Shown: piece after piece, positions 1-8,916 of the stretch | Numbering within the stretch: position 1 is the stretch's first letter | How the letters are laid out: every line of letters starts with the position of its first letter | Source of the DNA: Polyangiaceae bacterium | Lineage (GTDB): Bacteria > Myxococcota_A > Polyangia > Polyangiales > Polyangiaceae | DNA: 64,000 bases | Assembly (NCBI GenBank): GCA_044376115.1 | Contig: JBILLK010000003.1 | Location: 128,001-192,000 of the forward strand | Direction: 5' to 3' | Translations under genes and position numbers: made by a program | Notes under the pieces: model-generated | Told to the model about the DNA's origin: nothing | The model's database searches: none | Seen by the model: the letters and a program-made list of their open reading frames with translations, nothing else

Positions 1-123
1 GAATCCCGAGGTGCTCCGCCGGCTGGAAGCCTGGCACCATTGCTCCGGCGATTCAGAAGGTCCGTATTAGCGGCTCACCCTGAGCCTCAACTGGCCGGGC
101 CGGAAGAGGCTCCAGTTTCGCCT

Positions 124-1347
124 TCATTCATCCGACGATTGAGGCGGCTTTGGGGGCTGCTCGGCGGGTTGCGTAGATTGCATACCTAGGCGGGTCTTGA
201 GCTGTCCGAGCGCAGCTTTGGCCTGCCGGGTGGCCTCAGTGAGCAGCTTGCGGGACGCGTGGAGGCCTTGCGATCGCAGAGCAGGCGACAAGGCCCGTAT
301 ACAGACGAGAGTGCGTTCTTCCGAAGCAAGTTGTGACTTGTAGAAATGTGCACCCTCCAAGAAGTCGTACTCTGCGCGACCCTTCCCGATATGACGCTTG
401 ATGGCATTTAGGTGGATACCAATCCCAGGGCGCACCGTCTTGGGAACATCTAGGCTTCGACCCGACTGGTAGAAGTAAACTCGGCCGTTGTAGATAATAT
501 TGTAGAGCACTGCGAACGGGACGCCGGCTCGCTCCATCCAGCAAAGCTCTAGCTCAGCTTCGCCGTTCTCAATGAAGGCTCCCATGATGGCCTCGTGGAA
601 CTTGGCGAACCGAGGCGCGTCGAAAACACCGTCCTTCCCCTCAGCGCGCCAGCGCTGGCGATGAAGGTCGTACAGAATATCTCGACCCTGCTTCAACTCC
701 GCTCGCGTTGATGCAAAGCGTTCCCCGCCCTCTTTGCCGAGCCATGCCTCGAGATCACGCTGCGTTCGCCGCACAAAATATCTGCGTTGGCCCGGGAGTG
801 AAGCTAAGTAGCTATCCCAGTCGGCAGGCAGCCGAACGTAGCTTGCGCTATTGATAGGCTCGAGTGTCGTCGCAGCGCCACATTGCTTCAGGGACTGCAC
901 GAGAGGTGTGAGCAGAGAGTCCGTTTGCAGCAAAGAGGTGAGCAGGAGCTCATCCCACGAGCCCAGCTCCCCCGCGAAGAGCCCGAGCACGAACGATTCG
1001 GCTACGCTAGTCTCAAAGCCCCTCTCAACGAGGATGCCAACATAGGGCGAGCAGATCTCCTCCTCCTGCGCCTCTCCGGTACAGCACAATTCGATCTGCC
1101 AGCTTGGTATTAGGCCGCCGTGCCGCACACGTCTGCGCAGCAGCGGAGCCAGCCCGACCAACTTGCCGTCGCGACGGAAGGTAACAAGCCGTAAGCCACG
1201 CTTGTCCTTGAACAAATCCCACCAGGTGCGAACCCAGGTAGGCGTGAGCGCCAGTTCATTGATCTGACTTCGCTTGAGAAGATCCCGCCACTCGGGAACG
1301 AGCTCAGCAAACGTGCTATGATCTTCGAAGACTTGCCTGACAATCAC
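124..1347 (-). CDS. GNAT family N-acetyltransferase, CelD/BcsL (Acetyltransf_6) type
   Basis: Motifs 'LTPTWVRTWW', 'KLVGLAPL', 'LPADWDSYLASL', 'YFYQSG...PGIGIH...EYDFLEG..FYK'. Start trimmed to the GTG at 1347 because the longer ORF overlaps the divergent kinase start. Confidence 0.8.
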   Translation of the reverse strand: MIVRQVFEDHSTFAELVPEWRDLLKRSQINELALTPTWVRTWWDLFKDKRGLRLVTFRRDGKLVGLAPLLRRRVRHGGLIPSWQIELCCTGEAQEEEICSPYVGILVERGFETSVAESFVLGLFAGELGSWDELLLTSLLQTDSLLTPLVQSLKQCGAATTLEPINSASYVRLPADWDSYLASLPGQRRYFVRRTQRDLEAWLGKEGGERFASTRAELKQGRDILYDLHRQRWRAEGKDGVFDAPRFAKFHEAIMGAFIENGEAELELCWMERAGVPFAVLYNIIYNGRVYFYQSGRSLDVPKTVRPGIGIHLNAIKRHIGKGRAEYDFLEGAHFYKSQLASEERTLVCIRALSPALRSQGLHASRKLLTEATRQAKAALGQLKTRLGMQSTQPAEQPPKPPQSSDE

Positions 1348-1464
1348 TGCTTGTTGCCTTGAGGCTACTCGCCCGCCCGGCGCACGTATACCCCACGGCA
1401 CATGGCCCTCAAAGTGAGATCGCGGGGCGGAAGGTTGCGGCTGGGGATGGTGGCTGGCTCGCGG

Positions 1465-1470
1465 TAAGAT
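1465..1470 (+). promoter_or_regulatory. candidate -10 box (TAAGAT) 6 nt before the GTG start; possible leaderless transcript
   Basis: TAnnnT hexamer, 6-nt spacer to 1477, no Shine-Dalgarno visible. Confidence 0.4.
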
Positions 1471-1476
1471 GACTCC

Positions 1477-3402
1477 GTGTCCGACGTTGTGGAGCAAGGT
1501 GTCCTAATTGGTACCATCGTGGAAGGGCGCTACCGAATCGACGAGGAGGTAGGAAGGGGCGGCTTCGCCACCGTCTGGAAGGCTTACCACCTACGGCTCG
1601 GCATCTCTGTTGCGTTCAAGCAACTGCGACTACCTCTCGCGCTGGAAGCAGACAAGCGGGCACAGGCACTCGCTCAGTTTGTTGAGGAAGCGAGAGTCCT
1701 AACGCGAATACGACACGAGAATGTAGTCCGAACCTACGATCAGGGGTTCCTCGATGGTCTGCCCTACTTGGTATTGGAGTGGTGTGAACACGGCAGCATG
1801 AGGGACTTGCTCGGCCAGCGCGCTGGGGTGCCATTGACGTTAGCGGAGGCGTGGGAGCTCTTGTCGCCTATCGTGCTTGCGGTCGGACAAGCCCACGATG
1901 TTGGCGTCGTTCATCGAGACCTCAAGCCTGCGAACATCATGCTCGTTAGGGATGGGCCTAGGTGGGTGCCCCGAGTGATCGACTTTGGGATCGCCAAGCT
2001 TTGCGATCCAGCAGAACATGCGGGCTCTGGTGCGACGCAGACGCGGTCGGGTAGCAGCGCATTTACGCCAGCTTACGCCGCACCAGAGCAGATGGCGGGG
2101 GCTAGGTCGGGGCCGTGGACTGACATTCATGCGCTCGGTTTGATGTTTGTCGAGCTCGTAACTGGCCAAGACCCCTATCCGGCCACAAGCCTCATCCGCT
2201 CGGTGCTCGACGCAGAGCGTCCCTCCGCCGCCCGGCATGGGATCGACGTCGGCCCCTTCGAGCCAGTGATCGCAAAAGCCCTGGCCTTGCGCCCAGCCGA
2301 CCGATTTGCCTCGATAGCTGAGTTTCACCTTCGACTGACGGAGGCTGCAAAGTCGTCGGGGGTGGGGGCGGGCGCAACCCCAGAAACATCGCTGCTACGT
2401 CTCGAGCAGAATAAGCCAACTCCGCTTCCTTCCCATCACTCGGCCGCCTTTCGTTCGACGGTTCCGTCGGGCCAGCCATCGCGGGTTGGCAGCGTCGTGC
2501 TTCACGATACCGTTCCGGCCACGGCACGGTCGGAGCCTAGTCGACGTCGCGCGTTCATCCGTGCGGGGCTAGGCGTCGGCGCGCTTGCGCTTACCGGCGC
2601 AGGTTTGCTGGTGATGCGCCCCAAACCGCCAAGGGAGGCTATCGCCACAGCAAAAGCGACGCCGGTGGCTCTACTTACGAATGAAGTGATTGAGCAAGCT
2701 CTTCTAAAATACAATATAAAGCACGTTCGTTCTTTGCCCGGTGCGGCTGGTTTGTTATCGGTTCACTTCTTCCATGAGCAGAAAGGCGGCCTGATAGAGG
2801 CTATTGAGCTGCCTTCCCAATCAGCTGAGCGAGAGCAGCAGCTAAAGCTTACAGTCCAAACTTGGTCGGGCCAGTACGGGTTGGCTGTTGGTTGTGTCAT
2901 TGACGGAGGTCGCGCCCTCCTGCTTGGTTGGAAGCGTGGAGCCGTAGCTGAAGGCTTGCTCGATGCGCTCGTGCGGCTTAGCCAGCCAGCCGACTTTCGC
3001 AGCTACTTCTCAGAACCTTTTAGCCAAGCTCCGGCGGTCACCCCTAACACGTTAATCGAGGTAAGCCCGTCATGCCTTCGCGCCAGATTGAGCGATTTGG
3101 GCGCGCAGTTGTCCGATGATGAACCTGGTTCCCCTTACGACCTCCGGTTGCGATTCGGCGGGCAGAATGGTCAGTTGCGAGTGTTCTCTGCTCGACTTGC
3201 TTGGAGTCTTCCGGAGAGCGAGAGCCTTTCTTCGGAGGTTGCTCGCTTGAGCGGTGAGGGAACCCCCTTCTCTTTCGCAGAAGAAGCGGCGGCGGGGATT
3301 ATTGCTACAGGTGGTTCTTTGATTGCGTCGCCCGAGTTTCTTGGCCGTCTATTGGCTGGGACCAACGCGGTAGTAGTGCAGGCTGACCCCCGGCGCCGTT
3401 GA
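1477..3402 (+). CDS. membrane Ser/Thr protein kinase (RD type) with duplicated C-terminal extracytoplasmic domain
   Basis: GRGGFATV, VAFK, HRDLKPAN, DFG and APE motifs; hydrophobic segment AGLGVGALALTGAGLLVM. Confidence 0.93.
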   Translation: MSDVVEQGVLIGTIVEGRYRIDEEVGRGGFATVWKAYHLRLGISVAFKQLRLPLALEADKRAQALAQFVEEARVLTRIRHENVVRTYDQGFLDGLPYLVLEWCEHGSMRDLLGQRAGVPLTLAEAWELLSPIVLAVGQAHDVGVVHRDLKPANIMLVRDGPRWVPRVIDFGIAKLCDPAEHAGSGATQTRSGSSAFTPAYAAPEQMAGARSGPWTDIHALGLMFVELVTGQDPYPATSLIRSVLDAERPSAARHGIDVGPFEPVIAKALALRPADRFASIAEFHLRLTEAAKSSGVGAGATPETSLLRLEQNKPTPLPSHHSAAFRSTVPSGQPSRVGSVVLHDTVPATARSEPSRRRAFIRAGLGVGALALTGAGLLVMRPKPPREAIATAKATPVALLTNEVIEQALLKYNIKHVRSLPGAAGLLSVHFFHEQKGGLIEAIELPSQSAEREQQLKLTVQTWSGQYGLAVGCVIDGGRALLLGWKRGAVAEGLLDALVRLSQPADFRSYFSEPFSQAPAVTPNTLIEVSPSCLRARLSDLGAQLSDDEPGSPYDLRLRFGGQNGQLRVFSARLAWSLPESESLSSEVARLSGEGTPFSFAEEAAAGIIATGGSLIASPEFLGRLLAGTNAVVVQADPRRR

Positions 3403-5261
3403 TGTTCGACTCGGCCCCACTTCCGCAGCTGCTTGACTCGCGACATCGCCTTGATGAGGTGGTCTCTCGGACTGCGTTCGCTACCGTGTACCGTTCCTGG
3501 CACGTTACGCTCAACGTACCTACCGCTGTGAAGGTTTTGCACCGAGGCGCAACCGATAGGAGCCAGGTCGAGCGCGAGGTGCAGTCGCTGTTGGCGCTCC
3601 GGAGCCCCAATGTAGTGCGTGTTCTTGACTACGGTGTAGTTGACCAGCAGCCCTATCTCGTAACCGATTGGTGTGCTGAAGGCTCTCTCGCCAATCATTT
3701 GGCCAAGAATGGGCCAATGGCGTTGCACACAGTGGTTCGTTGGCTAACTGCGATAGCGTCGGCCATCGCGGAGGCTCACCGGCTCGAGCTTGCTCATTGC
3801 GACATCAAGCCGTCGAACATCATGCTCACCCGGGGAGTGATGGGCCAGCTAGAGCCTCGGGTGATCGATTTCGGCATCGCCCAGGTCTTTCAGCGAGGGG
3901 CGGGCCCACGCGCGGCGGGGTTTTCACCAGCCTTCGCAGCGCCTGAGCAGGTCCTTGGCGAGAGCATAGGCCCCGCGACCGATGTTCATGCGCTGGCGCT
4001 TCTGTTTACAACCTGTCTGCTCGGGCGGAGCCCCTATGGTGAAGAAGCGGGTATTGGCGCTCTTGCGCCAATCCGGCCAACGCCCAAGGCTTTCGGTATC
4101 GATTGCGGTCCATTCGAGGGGCCGCTCGCAAAAGCGTTGGCGCTACGGCCCGCTGATCGATACGCCGACGCAGGGCTCTTTGTGCAGGCTTTGCAGGCGG
4201 CTACTAGCAGTTTTGGCGCTCAGGCGACTGCGCTAGCTCCCATTGCTTTTCAGCCTATTGTTCAGGGACCGCCGGCGGCGGTGCTGACGAGGCCTGCGGT
4301 TCAATCCCCCGGTACGACCCAGCGGCGCGGCAGGTACATCGCTCTTGGTGGTTTGATGCTGACGACGACGGTGGGGCTCGCATGGGCGCTAGTAGTGAAT
4401 CTTGTGGCGGCCCCTGTGAAACGCTTTCAGCATCCGAGCTGGGCCTCGAAATTGGCGGATAGCACGAGACCGAAGCCCACTGTTTCGCTAGCAAGTATCA
4501 CGGGGGAAGATCTAGAGCGTCGGGGCCAACAGGCTGGATTCGTCGTAGTGCCGATGGATGCGTCGAACACAGCTAAGTTAGAGCGGCTGTTGAGCCGGTC
4601 GAATGTTTACTGGTCGGTATTCGTGATGGATAGTGGGGACCTATCCAAGCTCGAGCCGCTTACGCAAAAGCAGCTCGTCATAAGCACGGTTGGCAAGGTG
4701 TTGCTCGGATACAAGGAAGACAGCCACTTCCGCTATGGGATATCCGGCTCACGCGCTTTGGTGCTGCTTGTGTCTAGGTTTCAGGTTGAGTCCAGCGCAG
4801 AGGTCGACGACGTGTTTCAGCGGTTTGCGGGTGACATCGTATTCGAGGTGGTTGGTAGTTCTACCGGCGCCGATCCAGCTGGGCAGGCTGCTGCTCGACG
4901 GGTCCCAGCATGGAGCGCTAAGCGCTTGAGCGAACTTACGCTGGATGAACTGGATTCCAGAGTACGAGCCAGTGACGTTACTGTTGAGCGGCGGAGCTTG
5001 GTGGGCGCTCTTTGGATCGAGTCAAAAGGTGCAAAAGGGACGATTGAGTTCATCAACGCCCGAGCACCCGGCATCGCTATTGGGGGGTTACCGACGCTTG
5101 CAGATCGAATCGCTTCGCTCCGCACAGACGGAAAGCCCTACGCCTACGCTCAAGAGGGTGATGTCGCGGTGCTTGTATACGGAGACCAACCGTTGACTCC
5201 AGCAGAGGTATTGGCGAGCGTGCTCGAGGGTTTGGGGGCTACTGTGCAAAAAGGCCCGTAG
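3402..5261 (+). CDS. membrane Ser/Thr protein kinase (non-RD, Gly-less P-loop), paralogue of the upstream kinase
   Basis: TGATG overlap with the upstream gene; TAVK, HCDIKPSN, DFG and APE motifs; TM segment YIALGGLMLTTTVGLAWALVV. Confidence 0.9.
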   Translation: MFDSAPLPQLLDSRHRLDEVVSRTAFATVYRSWHVTLNVPTAVKVLHRGATDRSQVEREVQSLLALRSPNVVRVLDYGVVDQQPYLVTDWCAEGSLANHLAKNGPMALHTVVRWLTAIASAIAEAHRLELAHCDIKPSNIMLTRGVMGQLEPRVIDFGIAQVFQRGAGPRAAGFSPAFAAPEQVLGESIGPATDVHALALLFTTCLLGRSPYGEEAGIGALAPIRPTPKAFGIDCGPFEGPLAKALALRPADRYADAGLFVQALQAATSSFGAQATALAPIAFQPIVQGPPAAVLTRPAVQSPGTTQRRGRYIALGGLMLTTTVGLAWALVVNLVAAPVKRFQHPSWASKLADSTRPKPTVSLASITGEDLERRGQQAGFVVVPMDASNTAKLERLLSRSNVYWSVFVMDSGDLSKLEPLTQKQLVISTVGKVLLGYKEDSHFRYGISGSRALVLLVSRFQVESSAEVDDVFQRFAGDIVFEVVGSSTGADPAGQAAARRVPAWSAKRLSELTLDELDSRVRASDVTVERRSLVGALWIESKGAKGTIEFINARAPGIAIGGLPTLADRIASLRTDGKPYAYAQEGDVAVLVYGDQPLTPAEVLASVLEGLGATVQKGP

Positions 5262-5330
5262 CGCTTGGCACAACTCCGCTGTTCGGTTCAGCGCCGTCCT
5301 GCTCGGACTGGGTGTGCTATCGGTTTGAAG

Positions 5331-6047
5331 GTGTACACAAAAGATGGCCCTACCTTTGCGGAGCTGATGCGGCAGGCGCTTTCGTCTACCGAACAAGGGT
5401 ACGACTTACTCGCCCCGAAGTTTGAGCAGACTCCATTCTGCACACCCAGCTCAGTGATCGAGCGATGCCTTGGGGACCTCGCACCCGTTGAGACCGCACT
5501 CGATCTCTGTTGCGGTACCGGAGCGGGGCTCGTGGGGCTCCTGCCGCTCGTACGGCAGCGCTTGGTGGGCGTCGACTTCAGCGAGGGCATGCTTCGCGAA
5601 GCTCGCACGAAGGTGGCCCTTCACAAGGGCAAGCAGCCCGAAAAGCTGGAGCTTGTGCATCGGGATTTATACGGATACCCAGCCGCCGGGGAGTTCGACC
5701 TTGTCACCTGCTTCGGTGCCCTCGGGCATATCGAGGAACGCGACGAGCCGAAGTTTCTGTCTCTGGTGAGAAATCACCTCAAGCCGGGCGGCCGATTCGT
5801 CTTCGTGACGACTCGCAGCGCCAGCCCGCTTTCGAAGCGGGCCATCGTTGGCAGGGCTTTCAACGGCGTGATGCGGGTCCGTAACCTGCTGATCAAGCCG
5901 CCGTTCATTATGTATTACCTCACCTTCGAGCTACCGAAGATTGAACGCCTACTCCGCTTCCATGGCTTTGATGTGCATGTGCGTGAGGGCCTTTTCCCAG
6001 CTCCCTATTTAGAACTCGTTCGAGTTACCGCTCAGAGAAGGAGTTGA
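5331..6047 (+). CDS. class I SAM-dependent methyltransferase
   Basis: Motif I 'ALDLCCGTG', 'VGVDFSEGML', 'FDLVTC', 'HLKPGGRF'. Start placed at GTG 5331; the ORF is open from 5265. Confidence 0.88.
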   Translation: MYTKDGPTFAELMRQALSSTEQGYDLLAPKFEQTPFCTPSSVIERCLGDLAPVETALDLCCGTGAGLVGLLPLVRQRLVGVDFSEGMLREARTKVALHKGKQPEKLELVHRDLYGYPAAGEFDLVTCFGALGHIEERDEPKFLSLVRNHLKPGGRFVFVTTRSASPLSKRAIVGRAFNGVMRVRNLLIKPPFIMYYLTFELPKIERLLRFHGFDVHVREGLFPAPYLELVRVTAQRRS

Positions 6048-6208
6048 CTCGCTCGGAGTTCATGCGACGGTGGCCCAGTGCGTATCTTGGAACGGAATAG
6101 CTCGCTATTGATCGGGGTGGTCGATCGCTGCTGGCCGCGGCATGGACAGGCCGCGACCCGGTCGCTGCTGAGGTCGCAACCGCTCTTGAAGTCTGCACAC
6201 ATGCCGCG

Positions 6209-6556
6209 ATGGGTGGTCGTTGGGGCTTGCTTGTTTGTGCTCCGGCGAACTGTCCGCTGCCATCGGAGGCCGTGCGGGCGACGATTGAGAAAGGCATGAA
6301 GAAGTTGGACCCGTACATCGTTGTCGGGGCCACGGTCATTGAACGCGGGGGATTTCTCGGCTCAGCGATGCGTGCCTTGGTCTCCACGCTGCAGCTTTTG
6401 GTCAGGCCGCAGCACCCTGAGTGCACATTCGCTAGCTGCGAGCCAGCCGCCGCCTATCTCCATGCAGAGCTCACGAAGTCACAGCTTGTGACACCGTCTG
6501 TGGTGGCCGTAATTGATGCGTATCACCAGTTGATGAAAGAGGCGCAGTCTCGCTAG
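6209..6556 (+). CDS. small myxobacterial STAS/SEC14-like hypothetical protein; possibly the 3' part of a gene interrupted by TAG at 6098
   Basis: Pattern 'PLPSEAVRATI...ATVIERGGFLGSAMRALVS...ECTFASCEPAAAYL'. The frame is open upstream except for one TAG. Confidence 0.55.
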   Translation: MGGRWGLLVCAPANCPLPSEAVRATIEKGMKKLDPYIVVGATVIERGGFLGSAMRALVSTLQLLVRPQHPECTFASCEPAAAYLHAELTKSQLVTPSVVAVIDAYHQLMKEAQSR

Positions 6557-7992
6557 AGGCACTCTTTGCGGAAGCGCTTCACGCCGTCGGGGCCCACTGC
6601 CCATCGCTGAGTACAGTCGGGTTTGGGAGCCGCTACGGGCGCAGGGGTTGCTGAAGGAAGCCGTGTGACCGGTCGACTCGTTGGATGGCCATCGGCCTGA
6701 CTGTTTGGCCTTGGCGAAGACGGAAGCGCGCTTGGCGTTACCGGTTCGTCGTTGCGGGTGGTTGAAGGAGTCACCGCGATGGTCTCCGTAGCTACGGGCT
6801 TGGCAGAAGGCTCGGCGGCTCGTTCCGCGGACGTTGGGGCCGAAGAGGTTGCTCCGGCGACGGTGTCGCCATGGGGTTGGCGGCGGAAGAAGAAGAGACC
6901 AATCGCCGCGCCGGTCCCGATCAGGGCTCCTACAACAAGCGCCCAAAGGAGCGGGTTGCTCTTGCGGGACCCAGCGACAGATGAAGCCAAGCTCATTTGC
7001 CCGCTGGCCAGCTCAGGCGCAGGAAGGTGGTTGCTGACGACCTCAGCAGCACCGCCGCCTTGCATCTCGATTTGCCGTACTCGATTCGTCCGCTTCTGCA
7101 GTTCCTCGCCTCCCGCCGCGCGGACCCACGCCGATACCTCGCGTGGAGATGCCGGCGGAATGACCTGATGCAGGGCGTTCGCAAAAGCCTCGGCGGATTG
7201 AAACCGATTATTGGGGTCTGGCGCCAAAGCGGCTGCCAATAGGTCATCCGCAGCAGCTGGCAAATCTGGACGTACGCTGCGCGGTGCTGGTGGGGTTTTG
7301 CTGATGATCTCCAGCACCAGGCTGGCCTCGCTGTCTGTGTTGTAGAGGCGACGCCCGACGAGGGCCTCCCACAGCACGACGCCTGCTGCGTAGATGTCCA
7401 GCCGGGGAGTGGCGGGCTCATTGCGTATTTGTTCGGGCGCCATATAAGGGATTTTCCCTTTGAGGTGGCCCTCTCGGGTCGTCTGAAGTCGGCCCTGGGC
7501 GTGGGCGATGCCGAAGTCGAGCACCCGGGCGTGTCCGTCGGCGCCAACCAGCAGATTTTGTGGAGAGACGTCGCGGTGCACCAGGTGAAGCGGCTCGCCC
7601 GACGCTGCGGTTGCTTCGTGCGCTGCGCCCAACCCCTGCAACATCTGTCCAACTACGGCTGAAACAATCGCTGGAGTTGGCGGAACCCCGGACCGGCACA
7701 GTCGGGCGAAGGAGTCGCCGTGTAGGTACTCCATCACGAGCAACAGCTCATCGGTCTCCCGCACAACGTCGATGAGTTGCGCAACGTTCGGATGACGTAC
7801 GCGTTGGCTCACTCGCGCTTCGTCAATCAGCATGGCGACAAAGCTCGGGTCGCTGATGAACTGACGATGGAGTCGCTTGATGGCAACCACGCGGTTGAAA
7901 CCTGCCGCGCCGCTCATCACCCCAAGGTGCACAGAAGCCATACCGCCGACGGCAAACTCCTCAAGCAAGGTGTAGCGGCCGACGATTGTCAC
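6553..7992 (-). CDS. membrane Ser/Thr protein kinase with Pro/Ser/Thr stalk and C-terminal Cys-flanked tail
   Basis: GGMASVH, VAIK, HRDVSPQN, DFG, GKIPYMAPE; TM segment LLWALVVGALIGTGAAIGLFFF; ends CTQRWAVGPDGVKRFRKECL. Confidence 0.93.
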   Translation of the reverse strand: MTIVGRYTLLEEFAVGGMASVHLGVMSGAAGFNRVVAIKRLHRQFISDPSFVAMLIDEARVSQRVRHPNVAQLIDVVRETDELLLVMEYLHGDSFARLCRSGVPPTPAIVSAVVGQMLQGLGAAHEATAASGEPLHLVHRDVSPQNLLVGADGHARVLDFGIAHAQGRLQTTREGHLKGKIPYMAPEQIRNEPATPRLDIYAAGVVLWEALVGRRLYNTDSEASLVLEIISKTPPAPRSVRPDLPAAADDLLAAALAPDPNNRFQSAEAFANALHQVIPPASPREVSAWVRAAGGEELQKRTNRVRQIEMQGGGAAEVVSNHLPAPELASGQMSLASSVAGSRKSNPLLWALVVGALIGTGAAIGLFFFRRQPHGDTVAGATSSAPTSAERAAEPSAKPVATETIAVTPSTTRNDEPVTPSALPSSPRPNSQADGHPTSRPVTRLPSATPAPVAAPKPDCTQRWAVGPDGVKRFRKECL

Positions 7993-8061
7993 AACCTTCT
8001 CAGGTTAACACGGTGAGTCCAACGTGCGGGCGAATCAGTCAACGTAACGGAAGGGTTGAGG

Positions 8062-8067
8062 TAGCAT
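8062..8067 (+). promoter_or_regulatory. candidate -10 box (TAGCAT) 7 nt before ATG
   Basis: TAnnnT hexamer with leaderless spacing. Confidence 0.35.
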
Positions 8068-8074
8068 CTCGGCG

Positions 8075-8878
8075 ATGCTGCTCTCAAGGTTCGTGGGCGT
8101 ATGTGCGGCAACCTTTGGCTTCGTATCGCCGGCCTTCGCTCAGGCTACTTCCGCACCCGGACCAACGATTGATCAGTGTGTGGGTGCACACGAACAAGGT
8201 CAAAAGGCTCGCTTTGATGCGCATCCGGCCGCAGCGCGCGACGAGTTCCTGACCTGCTCCAATCAAACCTGTCCCGCGGAGGTGCAGGTCGATTGCCTGC
8301 GCTGGTTGCGCGAGGTCGAGGCGCTACTAGGTCGCTTGGAAGTGGAAGCTGGAGGCGCAGCTGTCTCGGTGGACGGCGTAGTCAAGCCTCAAGGGGTGAT
8401 CTGGATTGAAGCCGGTTTGCATGAGGTTCAGGCGACCTTCCCCGACGGCAGGACCAAGCTTGAACGGGTGCGCGTGAGTGCAGGCGCATTCGAACGGGTG
8501 GTTATCGTGCCAGCCGCTCCGCAAGCCCCAATCTCGCAACCTGCTGCGCCTAACCAATCGGGCGACGAAGGTGGCAGTGTCCCCATTCTCGGAGTGTCGC
8601 TGCTGGCCGCGGGTGGTGCAGCGCTGGTCGCGTTTGGAATTTCTGCCGGGCTCGGGGCGAGCAACTACGATGCGCTCGAGGCTTCAGGCTGCGCGCCGAG
8701 CTGCGACGCAAGCGCCGTTGACGAAGTTGATACGCAGTTCCTTGTCGCTGATGTCAGCTTGGGGCTGGGCATCGGTTTGGCCGTGGCCGGAGGGGTAGCG
8801 CTGATTGTTGAGCTCGTCGTGCTGAATGACAGCTCGCCTACGGCGGCACGCTTCGACCACGGGGTACTCCGCTTTTGA
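8075..8878 (+). CDS. exported protein: 4-Cys TPR-like domain, PEGA-like domain, C-terminal hydrophobic hairpin
   Basis: Signal peptide ending AFA; 'QCVGAHEQGQ...TCSNQTCP..VQVDCLRWL'; two Gly/Ala-rich hydrophobic helices; terminal Phe. Confidence 0.75.
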   Translation: MLLSRFVGVCAATFGFVSPAFAQATSAPGPTIDQCVGAHEQGQKARFDAHPAAARDEFLTCSNQTCPAEVQVDCLRWLREVEALLGRLEVEAGGAAVSVDGVVKPQGVIWIEAGLHEVQATFPDGRTKLERVRVSAGAFERVVIVPAAPQAPISQPAAPNQSGDEGGSVPILGVSLLAAGGAALVAFGISAGLGASNYDALEASGCAPSCDASAVDEVDTQFLVADVSLGLGIGLAVAGGVALIVELVVLNDSSPTAARFDHGVLRF

Positions 8879-8916
8879 CCACCATTATTCGACTGTAACA
8901 GTCATTGGAGAGCGCA

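Noticed and set aside
1..123. Possible 3' end of a gene entering the window
   Set aside because: Two short plus-strand frames are open (stops near 70 and 83); neither can be identified.
1348..1497. N-terminal extension of the GNAT ORF to 457 aa
   Set aside because: It overlaps the divergent kinase start and its candidate promoter, and the extra sequence is not family-like.
6847..6867. DTVAGAT in the kinase stalk as an ApbE flavinylation site
   Set aside because: It has Ala in place of the usual Ser/Thr, lies in a low-complexity stalk and has no FMN-binding domain context.
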